Assembly: GCA_019828565.1 (NCBI GenBank)
Contig: JAHDYR010000066.1
Location: forward strand, 520,325 to 584,324
Source of the DNA: Carpediemonas membranifera BICM
Lineage: Eukaryota; Protista; Fornicata
Direction of reading: 5' to 3'
DNA length: 64,000 nt
Below the pieces are notes generated by a model, which was given only the letters and a program-made list of their open reading frames with translations, was not told the origin of the DNA and searched no databases. Below are positions 31,744-45,320 of the stretch, piece by piece. The translations under genes and the position numbers were made by a program. How positions within the stretch are numbered: position 1 is the stretch's first letter; every line of letters starts with the position of its first letter.

Positions 31744-34700
31744 TCACTTAAGAGGGGCCGCGGAGTTCCCAAATACGACCACGTTGTCCTCGAGGAAGAT
31801 AGGCAGACGCGAGTCGCCGTCCCTCCCTGGCTTTGTCCCGGCACGGATGGCCTCCATCGCTGTGCGGGCTGTGGCGCCGCCCTTCGCCGCCATGCTGTCA
31901 AGGACGAGTGTGAGCGCCTTCTGGCCCATGGGGAAGGGCGCGTGGTGCGGCATCGTCAGGATGAAGGCGGGTGGCTGGTCCTGGACCTCGGAGGTCATCA
32001 GCAGCGTAGTGACAAGGTGCCGCGACACGGCGCCGCCGCTGATGGTGCGGAGGCCGCGTCTGGTGCGGTGGTACCCGGCCAGCAGCTGCGCCTTATCCAG
32101 CACGACCCATCCGGTGACCCTGCGCTGCGTGGCCATCCACTCCGGCTCGAACAGCATGCCCCACGGCGTACTAGCCGAGTATATGACTGTGGTGCGCTGC
32201 GCCGTCGTCGCGGGCCCGAGGAACGTGTGAATATGGTCGGCCGACGTCGGCAGATGCCCACTGGCCCAGCTCGTCACGTCTGGACGGCCCTGTCGGATGC
32301 TCTCCGGGGTTGCAAGAAGCGTCTTGAAGGCCTCGGGCATCGTCGTCGCCATTGCAGTGAGGTCGCCGTCGGGGTCGAAGACGCAGCTCACGGAGTCTGG
32401 CGGGGCAGCGGGCCGCGCCATGTGTACAATGATGGACACGTCACGCACGGCGGGGAGCAGCGATGCCGGGTACTGCAGCATCTCGGGCGGCCCCACAAAC
32501 ACGCCTGAGGTCGGCAGGTCGGCCGGCAGTGTCGTCTTGATGAGTTCGTACAGGTCAAGCATGCACCTCTCATGTTGGATGACGTCCGCAAACATCTCGG
32601 TCTCGGCCGCACTGATCTGTGATGCGCCGTCGGACGTCGAGAACGCCCCGATCGACACAGACCGGCTCAGCGTCGCCCTACCCTTGGGCGCCACCTGGCC
32701 CGCGGGTATCGAACGCGGCATGAACGCCATCATGTCGTGGCGGGCCATAATGCACCCGCCGAGGTCGTAGAGGTGGTCGATCAGCTGGGTCAGAACGGTG
32801 GCCTCGGTCGCGTTGAACTTGAGGCGGACGACAGCGGTCTTTGTCGCCCAGTACGCCCACACACGGTCGCCGTGGCGGTGGCAGACGGTAACGTCGCTGG
32901 TGGCCCCGTCGAGCTTGTCCAGCATGGGGCAGTCAGGCGGCGACATGGCAGCGATGAGCCCATCGGGCGTCGTCACGGGATCCTCGGTCAGCAGGGGCAC
33001 CTCAAGCTCTACCAGCGCGCCCCACTTGGCATGGACGTGCTGGAGACGCCGGGCCTCGACGGCGAACGCCTGAGAGCATGGCTGAACGACCTCGAGGAAG
33101 GCGTTCTCCACGGCCGAGAGCGACCGCCGCTGCGACAGTGCCACGCTGGTCGGCGCCGAGGCGCAGATGACCGCCATATGGTCGGTAATGCGGCTCATTG
33201 AGAGCTGGGCCTGGGCGGCCTGGGCGAGGGCGACAACTGCCGTCCGGGGCTGGGGGAAGGCCCAGTCGACCATGCAGTCCGCCAGCACAGCGACGACGTC
33301 CCATGCCCCGGCCTGGGTCGCCTCGATGAAAGCGGTGTGCATCGACCGACGAGCCTCTGAGATGTGGGGCGCGACGCTCTGCTCTGCGATCCACTTGGCG
33401 GCCTCGGCGGCGATTGAGGGACCGTCAGGCTGCTTCGCTGTCTTGCCTGGCTTGGCGTCCTTCTTCTCCTTCTTCCCCGCGGCGGGGGTCTGGATGGCCG
33501 TGCCGTGCCGTCGAGCCCACTCGTCTGATATGATGCGGACAACGTCCTCGCACTGGTCTACCCGCTCGCCAAAGCAAGTCTCGTCCAGCACGGCAACGCT
33601 GGCCCACATCGCCGCGAGCTCGGCATCCTCGAGAGACTCAGGAAGGCAGGCCGGGCGCGGTGGCTCGGCGGGCGGCTCCCCGACGGCAGCATGGGCCTCC
33701 TCGTCATCAACACCAGCGTCGATATGGCGTGCGACGGCGGCGTTGTGCGCCTCCATGGCGGTCTCCCACGCGGCGTGGTCCAGCTGGTGTTGGGCTTCGG
33801 CGTCGCTCCAGGCCAGCAGCGCCTGCCACGTCTCGGGCTTGCGGTCCTCACGCCACGCCTCCTTCGCGCGGAACCAGGTTGCCGCGGCGAGGCCTGCGAC
33901 GCACTCCGCGGCGAGCTTGGGTCGGTTGCCAGAGAGGGGCTTGGGCTCGCCTTCCTCAGTGACCTCGCCAAGGATGCGGAGGGCGGTCTTGAATGACTCG
34001 GCGGCGTCCAGAGCGCACTTGGCACCGCCACGTATGTTTCCGCTGCTCTCGCCGAACTTATCGTCAAGACCGGCAAGGAAGCGGAGCACAGCCTCGTCGC
34101 TACGGCCGGACTCCCGGGGGAAGTCGACAAGGCCGACTACAAGCTCGCCAAGCCGCTCGGTCTCTTCGTAGAACAGCTTGAGCAGAAGCTTCCCGCGGCA
34201 CGCGTGCAGGCGGGCTTCCTCTCGCGAGAACGCGGCCAGTCTTGGTACGGACCCAGGCCCGGACCCATCCACTGCCTGCCACACGGCGCACCGCTGCGTG
34301 GTCTGCTCCCTCTTGTCAGCAATGGCGGCCAGGGCGGCGTCCAGGTCTCGGACTGCCCGTGTCAGTGTCGCGTGGACGTGGTCGAACACGGGCTCGGATG
34401 CCTCGGTGACCGCAGGGAAGTTGTGCGAAATGACGGACTCGGCGAACTCGATGGTGAAGTTGGCAAGGCTTGCGGGATTCGGCTTGGCGTCGTGCAGGGT
34501 AAGGTCGAGCATGCGGACGGCCTTGGCGTACTGAAGCTCGGCCTTTCCCTTCGTTGTAACCTCCGCGGGAACGACAGAGCCGACTGCCTTGAGCAGCGTC
34601 GCCAGGGGGCTATCTGTCCGGGGCCGCACGGACTGCAGCGACCGGGCCGACCCGCCCCGCAGCGAAGACATCGCGAAGGAGGACACGGAGCCTGCGCCGG

Positions 34701-37700
34701 AAACCTCTGAGGCTGCCGGGGACCCGTGCGGCATGGGGAGGTCCTCGTCGGGCGGCGGCAATACGTCTCCGTGCATTTCGTTGATCGTGTCGATGTCGAG
34801 CTGGACCGTCGCCGCCTTAGCAGACTGCATCGCCGCCCTGAACAAGGCAAACGACACGCGGGGCCTGATAGCCGGGCCAGTTATGCCCGCCTTGTCCAGC
34901 TCCGCGACGAATGCGGCCAGCACGGCCTCAGCGTCTCTGACGCGGTTGACGTCGCATAGGGCCTGCCCGAGGACGAGGAAAAGTCGCGTCTTCGCAGCGA
35001 TGGAGAGGCCCGACGTCCGACCAGTGCCGTGGAGGATCGTGGCGGCATCGTTCGCTGCTTTGACCGGGTTTCCCGAGGCCAAGTCGAGGGCCGGACGGAG
35101 GGCGACGAGGCAGGGATCCAGGGGCGTCGACTGGCGGGAGATGGCGCTGAGTAGCCGCCCGGCCAGGTCGCACTCGCCCAGGCTGAGCGAAGCCCAGGCG
35201 ATGGTGCCGACGATCGAACTCCGCTCGAGACGGGGCAGGACGGTGTCGCTGACGGGGGAGGGCTCCGCGAGGGTCTCTACGCCGTGGAGCAGCTCCTCGT
35301 CGATAGAGCTGACCCAGCCATCGAGGACGGTCTCGGCCATGGCCTTCCATGCCGCCAGCGCGGACATACCAGACACGCCGCCGACGAGGCCGGTGCATCC
35401 CTCGATGTGGGCATGCACCTTGCATAGATCCAGAAGAAGTTTCAGCCCGACGCTAATCTCGTCGGGGAGCAGGTTGCAGTGGAGCTGAGCGAGGATCACG
35501 ACAGACGACAGCGGCACGACGGCGTGCATATCCATGGCTGCGGGGATGGTGCCGAGAAGCGCCTGTGCCAGCAGGGCGACATCCGACTGGACGACGCTGC
35601 CACCGCCAGCCTGCTCGTTGTGGCTCTGGGCGACGTCCTGCAGCATGATGAGGTGCTCCTCGTAGTTCTCGTGCAGCAGCAGCTGCGCTGAGTCGGCCAG
35701 CACCGGGACGGGGGTGTCGAACTCACCCGTCATCCGCACGGCGTCCAGCACGATCTCGTTGGCCGTCTCTGCAGCCCTGAGGATCGCATCGACGTCCCCG
35801 CCGGTAAGCGCTGTCACGAGGTGGACCGTGACCCGGACCACTGCCGCCGTCACGGGGACGGGGATGCCGGCCACGCGGAACTGCTCCTCGGACTTGGCGA
35901 CGTGTGCCTCAACGGCGTCCAGGAGCGTGCTGGCGGTGTCGGTGCGAGTCAGCGCCTGGATGAGCGCGACCTTCGCCAGATGCAGGTAGATCACGGCGGC
36001 CTCGTCTGCTGCCGGCACTGGCAGCGCGCCCTCAAGTATCTCGCGGGCGTATGCGACGGCCTCCGCCTGGTGCTCGCCGGTCGAGTTCCGGGCGTAACCG
36101 AGGCAGATGTTGGCGGCCTCGGCCTTTGCCGTCTGTCCAAGTGCGAGGGTGCGAACGGAGTCCCCCGTCCTTGCGGCGATGACTGCCCTGTGGGACCAGA
36201 GGACCGCGTGGGTGGCGGCGGGCAGGGACTTGAAGGCGAGCTGCACGAGGTCGTGGGCAGTCTCCCACTTCTGCTTCTGTGTCAGCACTCGAAGCATGGC
36301 GCCGAACAGCTCCGGGCCCCACTCCCGGACGGGGGCGAGGGGCGGGGGCGACTCGAGGCCGTGGATCGCGGGGGCCAGCACCGTGATCAGACGTACGCCC
36401 GCGTTGACGGCGGCGTCTGTCTGCCGCGGAATGGAGAGCTTGGACACGGCGGATGCCGCAGCCAACGAGATGTTGGTCACAAGTGCCGCGTCCTCGCGAC
36501 GGACGGCAATGCCGGCCGCCGTTTCGAGCTCACCGAGGATGGTCGCGATGACCTCTGCGGCAGCGTGATGCTCCACGGCGTCGTCAACGCCATGAAGCTT
36601 GACGACGCTGAGCCCGAGGCTTGCGACGGCGGTGTGGTAGTCGTCGTCGACGCACCGCACCACGCGCACCTCAGGGGCACCCCCCTTCCCGGCCTCGACG
36701 AGGGGATGTGGGGCCCTGTCCTCGAGGTCCGCGGGAATGTCCCGGGCCCACCGCAGCATCACGGCCGCCTTCGTCAGGCTCACCGCCTTGGCCGCCATGA
36801 TGGAGCCGAGCGTCACCAGCGGCAGCATAGACGCGCCCAGGTCCGCGGCGACGGCCCCGGCAGCGGCGAGGGTGGCGGCGAGCAGCGTGTCGATGGGGTC
36901 GTGGCCCAGCTGGCACACGGCAAGGGCCTCGATGCCGGATGCGAGGGTGAGGACGGCATCGCCTGCGAGCGGCGGCGGTGTAGGCTGCCCAAGGCATCTG
37001 GCGTGCGCCAGAGTCACCCTGTACGCGACCGCAGCGATGGTTTCGACTAGCGGATAATCCGAGGCGGCGTCTGTCGTCGGCACCAGCGCACCGTCCCTCG
37101 TCATCGACGTCTGCACGGCGGTCTTGGCCATGGCAACGAGCTGCTTCGAGGACTCGGCCAGCTCGGTGATGAACTCGCCAGGGATCAGGTCGGGAGTGAG
37201 GTCTAGCGCCTCGGCAAAGGTCTGCCGCCAGCCGCTGATGTTGAGCGGCTCGACGGACAGCGGGGTCCCGTCCCCGAAGCCTGGCACGGCGCTCGACTGG
37301 TGAGTCCCGAGCGACACGAGGTCGTCCACGAGGGAGGGCGGCATGAGCATGTTGTACGCCGCATGGACACTCGTGATTTCCGGCAGCCCGGTCGGCTGGT
37401 CGACCTTGGCCAACTGGCCCAGCCCGAGGCCCAGCCCCTCCCGGGCACGGGCTCCCCCGGCGGCAGACGAGGGCCTTGACGAGGGCCTTGACGAGGGGCG
37501 CGACCTGACAGTGCCGCCGGGCGTCGTCACCTCGAGCTCGGGCGTGAAGGCGCTGAACACGCACATGGTGACCATCTCGGTCAGCCTCGCCTGTGTCGCC
37601 CTGAGCCGGAGGGAGTGGCGTCGGAGGGCAGCCTTGTGGTCAGCATCGGCCTCTGCATGGGTCCAGAAGTCGCTGATGACGTCCGCAACCGTGCCCAGAA

Positions 37701-40075
37701 CGGTGGTGATATCCAGGACGGTTTTGCCCAGGGTGGTGAAGAGCACAGGCGAGATCATCTCCTCGAACGTCCTGGTCAGCGTCGCCGCCAGTCTCTCCGC
37801 CGAGAGCACGGCCTCGGGCCCGGTGAGCTCCCTGAGCTTCTCCGCAAGAATGCCAGTGCGCCCGCAGAGGGCGTACCGGGCTGCGGGGATGGCGCGTTTG
37901 GGTGCCCTAGGGTCAACGATGAGGACCTTAAGGTGCGCACCGAGCTGAGTGACCTCAACAAGCAGGGCGCTACAGATGGCAGGGCCGAGGTTCTCGACAC
38001 CAGCCTCTTCTGAGGCCAACAGCAGCTCGGACGCCAGAACAGACAACGGAAGACAGGACATGACGCGCACACGCTTGGCGAACTCTCGCAGCCACGCCAG
38101 ACGCCTAGCACGAGCCTCAGCAGTCATGAGGGGCCAGGCGCGCTTCCACTCATCGACGCGGCGCAGGATTCCGTCGTGCTCGATGTCGCGGGGCTCGGCG
38201 TCGGGTGGCCGTCCGATGTCAACCTCAGGCTCCTCTGTCTCCTCGTCGCCGGCCTCAGCCTTATTCTCGGCCTCAGCCCGGAGCCGTTCGTCCTCGGCCG
38301 TCATCACGAGCAGATTGCCCTGATCCAATAGGGGCAGCGCGCTCACTACCAACGACCCGGCGACACTGGGGGCGCCAGTGGCAGCCTGATGGAGGAGTAG
38401 TACGATCTCCTCCTCGGGGTGGGCGGCGATGGTGACGTTCGACACGAGCCCCGTCTTCAGGGCCTCGTAGCGCATGGCAGCCCGCACCGTCCCGACCTTG
38501 ACATCGGGTCGGGGCGTCTCCCACCGGCTGTCGCCGAGGGCCGCGTCGTCATTGTAGGGCAGGAGCATCTCCTCGATCGTGATGGCGGTGAAATACGCCG
38601 CTGAGACGCTGTCAAGGGCTACGTGCGCTGCGACGGCCGCCTGCCCGATGCTTACAGGTAGCAGGACCGACATAGGGTGGTACTCGCGGCACACTGACCA
38701 CATCGAGACAACGAAGGGGCCCACCGTTGTCATCAGCCGCGGACGCATCAGCGGCAACACTGCGTGCCACCCGAGACCGACGAGTAGCAGCGCCGTCTGT
38801 CTGGCGACCTGGGCGAGGGCGGGGGTCGCTGAGAGGAGCAGGCGCTCGATCGCGCCAAAGCCCTTCGAGATCATCCTCAGCATGCTGAGTAGCGCGTCTG
38901 CAGCAGCAGCACTGATCCCACGCGTCGGCGGGGACAGCGGGGCGATGCCCGCCTCCCGGACCCGGATCACAGCACGCGCTATGTTGGCCCGCAGCTGGGC
39001 GAGGTCCCCGTGGCGGATCTGGGGGATCAGGCCCGCCGCAGCCTCGACCTGCTCGGGGTCTCCGCGGGTCACAGCGAGCAGGATCGCCTGTGAGGCGACC
39101 TCGTCGAAGTCCTCGAGGCCGGACGCCGAGGCCACTGAGGCGATCGCGGTACAGTCCCGGGCTGCGATCATGTTGATGATGCCCTCGACGTCACTTGCGG
39201 CCGGTGCGGCCTTGGACGGCTTCTTGGCAGTCTTGGTCGGTGTCTCCCGCCCCTTCACCGCAGCGGGGGCGGGGGACGCGGCCGCCTTGAGGGGGGCCAG
39301 GACCGAGGCCTTCACAGCGGCAGAGTCCTCGATCGTCGCCTCAAGCGCAGCCACGGCCTGGTCGGCGGGCTGTGCCGCGTCCCTGAGGAACACGGCGTGC
39401 GTATGGTGCATCGTGAAGCGCTCAGCAGCAGGCAGCGTATCCCCGGTCTGGCTCAAGAGAGACACGGCCTTCGAATAGATGTCCACGCACTCTCGCGCGA
39501 CCCCGGGCCGCCTTGCCACCACGGCTGCGGCCAACAACGACGTGAGCACCGCGCGCTGGGAGTCTGCACGGACCCCCTCGTCTTCGATGGCGTTAGCCAC
39601 AGTAGCCGCAGCCACGCAGCACGTCATGCTGAGCCTGAGGTCTGTTCTCGTGGCGGTCCACACCTCTCGGGGCTGTGCAAGGTGCCATGCCGCCCAGCCG
39701 CGATAATACGCGACGTGCTCGATGTTGGGATCAGCAGCAAGGGGTGTAGGATCAAACGTGTCAGCGGTAACGCGGTCCACCTTGGCTCTCGAGGCGTACT
39801 GTCCGAGGCAATTCTTCAGCTTGCGGAATTTGTCGGAAAAGTCTGGCAGCTATATGAGTTGGAGGCAAGATACGTACCGCAATAGCTGTCTCAGCAGCAC
39901 GCAAGAAGTACTTAGCGGGGATAGGGATGCTGTAGCGCTGTGCGCGTGTTCGAAGGGCTTGCAAAAGACTATACGCTTCCTTGAAGAAGTCAGGGTTATG
40001 TGATACAAGTGCCTCGTCTAGTTTTGACCATATTTGGTCCAGGTCGGGCTGTATGTCCGATCCATCGACCTCCAT
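31744..40075 (-). CDS. CFAP46: CFAP46 (TTC40)-like ciliary central-apparatus protein; intron 39850-39877
   Basis: Exon 1 (66 codons, FKEAYSLL...YFLRAAETAI) joins the 2678-aa ORF in frame through a 28-nt GTACGT...CTCATATAG intron. N-terminus, ~2.7k-aa size and VFDPDGDL...NVVVFG C-terminus resemble CFAP46 (from recall). Confidence 0.6.
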
Positions 40076-40254
40076 GGCTCGCTGATTAAGAATGAAGTGA
40101 GACTCGATGTTCAGTCAGGCAAGCGTCTACGGTCTCCGCGGTCTCCCAGACGGCATAGGTGTCGTGGGATGGTGCGCCGCATTGCTCCGGCACATTGGGT
40201 CCCGTGCTCTGCACGCAGTTTAATCAACGTGCAGAAAAAGTCGAAGGCGACGAA

Positions 40255-40942
40255 ATGAGCGAAGCAAAGGGTGTTCCGTATCATAGAGTGCTTGTTCTCA
40301 CGTCAAGGGGAATTACTTCCCAGCAGCGTCATTTGGTGAAGAATCTCCAGGAAATGATGCCTCAGAAGCGTTCTGAGAACAAAATGGACACAAAGAAGGA
40401 CCTTGCTGTTCTTCAAGAGATTGCAGAGCTTAACAAATGCGATAAGCTGATGTACTTTGAGTCGCGTAAGCACAGGGACCTGTACGCATACATCGGCGAC
40501 GTCCGCGGCCCTTCCTGCAAGTTTGCCGTCCACGACAGTTCGTCTCCCCGCCCCCGCTCACACAGTCCACACCATGGAGGAACTCCACATGTCTGGGAAC
40601 TTCCTGAAGGGCTCCCGCCCGATCCTGTCGTTTGACTCTGCGTTCAACACCACCCCCGAGTTCCGGGTCGTCAAGGAGCTCCTCAAGCAGTGCTTCGCCA
40701 CCCCTAGGCGCCATCCCAAGAGCAAGCCGTTCATCGACCACACCGTGTCCTTCTCGATCGTCGAGGACATGGTCATGATGCGCGTCTATCAGACGACCGA
40801 GCGCCAGATCGGCCGTCACACGGATAATGTCGTCGACCTCGTCGAGGTGGGCCCAAGAATGATGCTGGACCTCGAGGTTGTGTTCGCTGGCTGCTGCAGC
40901 GGCCGTGTGCTGTATAAGCGGACTCGTCCCACTCGGAGATAG
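40255..40942 (+). CDS. BRX1: Ribosome biogenesis Brix-domain protein Brx1; intron 40538-40565
   Basis: VLVLTSRGI, FESRKHRDLY, GPSCKF, IHTMEELHMSGNFLKGSRPILSFD (formed after splicing), HPKSKPFIDH and LVEVGPR. Confidence 0.95.
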
Positions 40943-41105
40943 TGTCGTAAACCATGCGGATAGTAACATAACTAAGTCTCATTTATCATATCATATGTGC
41001 TGTTGTGGTGTTTCCGGAGCAAGTGAGGCAATGGTCTGTTTAACAAAAAGTGCACCGCGACTCATGCCGAGTCGGGGGTGGCATGGCTATGCCACAACTG
41101 TATCG

Positions 41106-42917
41106 TCACCCGTCGCGCTTGTTCAGCTGGCTGAAGTAGCTGAACTCGTCCAGGTTGCGGGTCTGATACGGCCGCGGGTTCCGGATGTTCATGGACCCGG
41201 GCATCTTGATCTTATTCTGCACAGACGACGCCAGCAGGTCGTCAAGGTTCTGGGCGAAGTCGTCGCCGCCGTCCTCGCTCTCGATAGCCTCCCGCTCCAT
41301 TGTGCCGACCTGCCCCATCGCCAGGGGGTCCGCGGCGTCCGTGGCCCTGTCCATGATCTGGTCGAACGACCGGAAGGGGTTGGCCTGCATGTACTCGGTG
41401 TACCGCATCTTGTTGCCCTCCTCGCCGGCCTCCTCGGTCTCCTCCCCGGTCTCGTCCTCTGACGAGAACAGGCTCGAGTCCAGCGTCCGCTCGCACTCGC
41501 TGCGGCTCTCCTGCGTCTGCGTCTGCTCCACCCGCTCGATCGTGGCCCGCGGCGTGGCGAGCTGCTCGGCGTCTTCCATGCTGAAACTCCCGTCCGGCAG
41601 TGCCGCCAAGCCCTCGATGTCGTCCCTCGAAAGCTGCTCGAACGGCACACCGTCGATGACCTTGGTGACGACGCCGTCGTCGAGGCCGGCGGCCGCGAGG
41701 AACTTTGCGATGCTGTGGGCGACGGTGGGGCGGGCCTGGAGCATCATGCGGACCGCGGGGATGGCGTTCTTCCTCATGGACACGGCGAGGGCGTCCTTGC
41801 GCTGGTCTGACACGAGGTGGGCGCAGCAGACGTTGATGGCCCCGGACGCGATGAGCGCGCTCATGGCAGACTCCCGCGGGAGCGACGGGGCGGTGGCACT
41901 ACATGGCACGACGTCCGCCTGTAGGATGGTGAGCAGGAGGCGGAGGGCGTTGGACTTGACCGTGAGGGCCGTCACGGATTGGGGCGGGACCGTCAGCACG
42001 GCCGCCATGTCGGGCCTGTGGTAGTCAGACATGGCTGGTGTGCTGCCTGGGTCCAGGATCTCCAGCAGGATTGCCGTGACGAGGGGGACGACGGGGGCGA
42101 ACCGGCACAGGGCGAGGACGGTGGGCCCGAGCGACAGCTGGACGTCGAGCTCCGCGCTGAAAAGCGCGCACATGACGGGACGGACGGACGACGCGGACGG
42201 CAGGGGGTCGGGGACAGTGCCGCATATGCAGTCCTCGTCGTCGGGCCTGCGGAGCACTGGGTGGGACTGGAAGAGCACCCGCAGGATCTCGAGGGCCATA
42301 ACCTTGGCCTGCGTGCTTCCACCCGGCACGATGGAGTACAACCAGCGGTGTATCGTGACTATGTGGGTCGGGTTGTTGACGCCAAGGTCGAGGACGACGC
42401 GGCGGTAGATGTCGAGGTGGGCGGGGTCCTCGAGGCTCTCAATGGACGCCATTATGTTCGCCATACCTTTGTCCATGCACACGAAGTCCCTCATCGCGAT
42501 GTTCTGAAGGGCAGTGGCGTGTAGAGTCTGCAGCGACGCCGCCTTCGCCTGGTTGACGACGTCGGGAGGAGGGACCCGCCCCTCGTCCACGTCGGTGAAG
42601 TCGCACACGAGCACTTCCAGCAGACAGTGGCAGCAGCCTCGCTCAACGAAGGGCTTGAGGAGCAAGGAGCCCCCGGGAGTTTGGATGGCCGCATGCATAG
42701 CGCTCAACAGCTGTGGCAGCGGGACATTCGGCTCAGGGAATGTGTATATGACCTTAAGATATGCGATGAGGCGTGTGGAGAAGAACAATATGACCGCACC
42801 TTGCTCTTCCATGGCAAGACTGCGGATGTCGGGGATCGTTGAAAGGTAACGCTTGAACGCCTTGAGAGCATGTAGTCGCTGCGTCTTCGTAGTCCAAAGA
42901 CGGGCGATAGCTTCCAT
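41106..42917 (-). CDS. ARMH1: Armadillo-like helical domain protein, ARMH1 (C1orf228)-like
   Basis: W...QRLHALKAF...FFSTRLIAYLKVIY...FVERGCCHCLLEVL pattern recalls the ARMH1 N-terminus. Confidence 0.55.
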   Translation of the reverse strand: MEAIARLWTTKTQRLHALKAFKRYLSTIPDIRSLAMEEQGAVILFFSTRLIAYLKVIYTFPEPNVPLPQLLSAMHAAIQTPGGSLLLKPFVERGCCHCLLEVLVCDFTDVDEGRVPPPDVVNQAKAASLQTLHATALQNIAMRDFVCMDKGMANIMASIESLEDPAHLDIYRRVVLDLGVNNPTHIVTIHRWLYSIVPGGSTQAKVMALEILRVLFQSHPVLRRPDDEDCICGTVPDPLPSASSVRPVMCALFSAELDVQLSLGPTVLALCRFAPVVPLVTAILLEILDPGSTPAMSDYHRPDMAAVLTVPPQSVTALTVKSNALRLLLTILQADVVPCSATAPSLPRESAMSALIASGAINVCCAHLVSDQRKDALAVSMRKNAIPAVRMMLQARPTVAHSIAKFLAAAGLDDGVVTKVIDGVPFEQLSRDDIEGLAALPDGSFSMEDAEQLATPRATIERVEQTQTQESRSECERTLDSSLFSSEDETGEETEEAGEEGNKMRYTEYMQANPFRSFDQIMDRATDAADPLAMGQVGTMEREAIESEDGGDDFAQNLDDLLASSVQNKIKMPGSMNIRNPRPYQTRNLDEFSYFSQLNKRDG

Positions 42918-43106
42918 CAGCGCAAGCAATGAGGAATCGCGTTGTTTGTGTCTTAACGAAATCCGTAAAGCGACGTCCCGGCCAATGTCGACTTCAGGGT
43001 CCAGCGTGCCTGATCACTCCCCCGGATTCCATGAGTATTGCCAGTGCTCAAGCGCGCCCCAGTGGCAAATAGATTAAATATCCTTTAAACAGACGAGTCG
43101 GTTGCC

Positions 43107-45320
43107 TCATCCGGCCAGCCTGACCTCTGCGATGAAGTCAACGCCTGGACGCATGACAACGCCCTCCGCCAACCGTGCCACACACGCCAACGCCCCCCTG
43201 ACGGCGCAGGGGTAGTCCCCGTGGGCGGCCGGTGTCGACGGCGGGTCAGCGGGCACGAGGTCGAGCGTCGAGAGGTAGTACCGGGACACCGCGAGCAGGG
43301 GGTTGCCGACGAGTCGGGGTTGGGGGTCTGGTCCGGATAGGAGGGTCAGGCCGGCCTTGGTGGCGATGGCGCTCGGGCTGGGTTCCTGCCCGAGCGACAG
43401 CAGGGCCCGGTAGCCCTGGTACAACATGAAGAGGGTCGTGATGACGTCATCGCCGTCGGCACCACACCCGGCAACGAACTCGTCGAGCACCCGGAGCACG
43501 CTGGGGGCAGACACGTCCTCGGGCACCGGGAAGGGCGGCTCGGCAACGGCCTCGGGCAGGTCGAGGATGGTCTGCAGGGTGATGAACGCCTCGGCCATCT
43601 GGCGGTCGTCCGGCTCGCTCGGCTCCGGGGCGTCAGTCCCGCTGCCGTCGCTGCCTTCGCTGTCGCTGTCCTCCGTCGGCTCGAACACGGGCGTGCTGGG
43701 TGTCTCGGCCGGTGCCTCGGGTTCTGGCTCCGGCTCATGCGCAGGCTCGGCCACTGCGGTCCTCTCCGGCTTCTCCAGTGTGGTTGCTGGCTCGGGCTTC
43801 TCTCTGGACACCTCAGGGGCCGATGCAGGCGCCTTGGGCCTCAGCTCCGTCGCTGTCGGCGAGACATGGCCCTCCCTTCGGTGGGGCCGGGGGCCGGGCG
43901 ACCGTGAGCCAGGAACCGGCCGTACTCGGTCGGCTGCGGGCGCTGTCTCGCCGCGGGGGGCGGGTTTGGGGTGGTTCCTCATGGGGGTCAGGTTCTTCGC
44001 CTCGATGATGTCGTCCGCGGTGGGGAGTGCGACGGGAGCGGCGTGTTCCCTCGGACGCAACTCCATGGGCTGCTGCACCTGCATCGGCTTCTTCTGGCCG
44101 GGCGTACCGCGCCTTTCCCGGGTGCGGCGCTCCTTGACGAGACTCGCCCTCTTCATCGCCAGGTTCCGCTGCCGCTCAGAGGCGGGTGTCGGGGTCTTGC
44201 GGTCCGCCGTCGCTGGCCGGGCCCGATGGCCCTCGATCGCCATCGCGTGGCCCGCAACGACTGGCATCCCGCGTGCGTGGAACCCGGGTCCGATGCCGTG
44301 GCCCGTGCCGTATGCCGAGGAGACCCTCCCTGGGGCCGGGGCTGCAGAGGCGGGTCTGGTCCGTGGGTCGGCAGCCCGGACGGGGCGGGACACCGTCGTC
44401 CGCAGCATCACCGCCGCCTCGTCGAATGAGGGGTTTTCCTTGCGGTACTTGGCCATCCACGGGCCCTGTTCCTCCCGCATCCGCTCTATGTGCTTCTTGA
44501 CAAACGGGTGCTGAAGAAGGCCCCGCGCTGTCGGACGCCGCCGCGAGAACATCGATAGTGTTTGCTTCAGGATATCGTACAGCTGGGCGCCATCTGGGTA
44601 GGTGTCCCGGATGGCGTGCATGTACCTCGGATCCCGCCCTTCCCGCAGCATGCTGTAGAGCTCGGTCATGTTGCGGGCGGGGTATGGGTACTTGCCCGTC
44701 AGACAGTGGTATAGAATGCACCCCAGCGAGTATATATCCGCGGCCTTGCTGTATGGCTCCCGTCTCAGCACCTCGGGGGCCATGAAGTACGGCGTCCCCA
44801 CCACCGTCTGGGCCATCTCCATGGAGGACTCAAGCTCTCGGGCAATGCCGAAGTCACCGAGCTGGGCGATGTCATTGCTTGTGAGGAAGACGTTCTCGGT
44901 CTTGAGATCGCGGTGCAGAATCTTCTTGTCGTGGCAATAGTACAGGGCGTATGTGATCTGGACGAACCACATCATAATCTGAGTAACCTGCAGGCGTGTC
45001 GGTATGGGCCGGGTAATGCGGGTGCGGTCGTCGATGCGCTTGTTGAGGTCTCCCTTGGCGCAATACTCCATCACCATGCAAATGTGCGTCTGCTCCTCGT
45101 CATAAAAGACGTCATGCAGCTCTACGATGAACGGATGGTTCAAATTACGGAGAAGACCGGCCTCTTGAAGGGCGGATTCCTTCACCTTGGCGTCAGCAAC
45201 GCGGATCTTCTTCATCGCATACGTCTTGCCTGTGTGTTTGTCACGAACAAGGAAACACACCCCAAAGCTGCCCTGCCCAATCTTTCTCTCCTGTTGGTAG
45301 TTGTCGCGGCGGTGTACCAT
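43107..45320 (-). CDS. NEK (NIMA-related) Ser/Thr protein kinase
   Basis: IGQGSFG, YAMKKI, HRDLKTENVFL, LGDFGIAR, VGTPYFMAPE; long low-complexity C-terminal tail. Confidence 0.95.
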   Translation of the reverse strand: MVHRRDNYQQERKIGQGSFGVCFLVRDKHTGKTYAMKKIRVADAKVKESALQEAGLLRNLNHPFIVELHDVFYDEEQTHICMVMEYCAKGDLNKRIDDRTRITRPIPTRLQVTQIMMWFVQITYALYYCHDKKILHRDLKTENVFLTSNDIAQLGDFGIARELESSMEMAQTVVGTPYFMAPEVLRREPYSKAADIYSLGCILYHCLTGKYPYPARNMTELYSMLREGRDPRYMHAIRDTYPDGAQLYDILKQTLSMFSRRRPTARGLLQHPFVKKHIERMREEQGPWMAKYRKENPSFDEAAVMLRTTVSRPVRAADPRTRPASAAPAPGRVSSAYGTGHGIGPGFHARGMPVVAGHAMAIEGHRARPATADRKTPTPASERQRNLAMKRASLVKERRTRERRGTPGQKKPMQVQQPMELRPREHAAPVALPTADDIIEAKNLTPMRNHPKPAPRGETAPAADRVRPVPGSRSPGPRPHRREGHVSPTATELRPKAPASAPEVSREKPEPATTLEKPERTAVAEPAHEPEPEPEAPAETPSTPVFEPTEDSDSEGSDGSGTDAPEPSEPDDRQMAEAFITLQTILDLPEAVAEPPFPVPEDVSAPSVLRVLDEFVAGCGADGDDVITTLFMLYQGYRALLSLGQEPSPSAIATKAGLTLLSGPDPQPRLVGNPLLAVSRYYLSTLDLVPADPPSTPAAHGDYPCAVRGALACVARLAEGVVMRPGVDFIAEVRLAG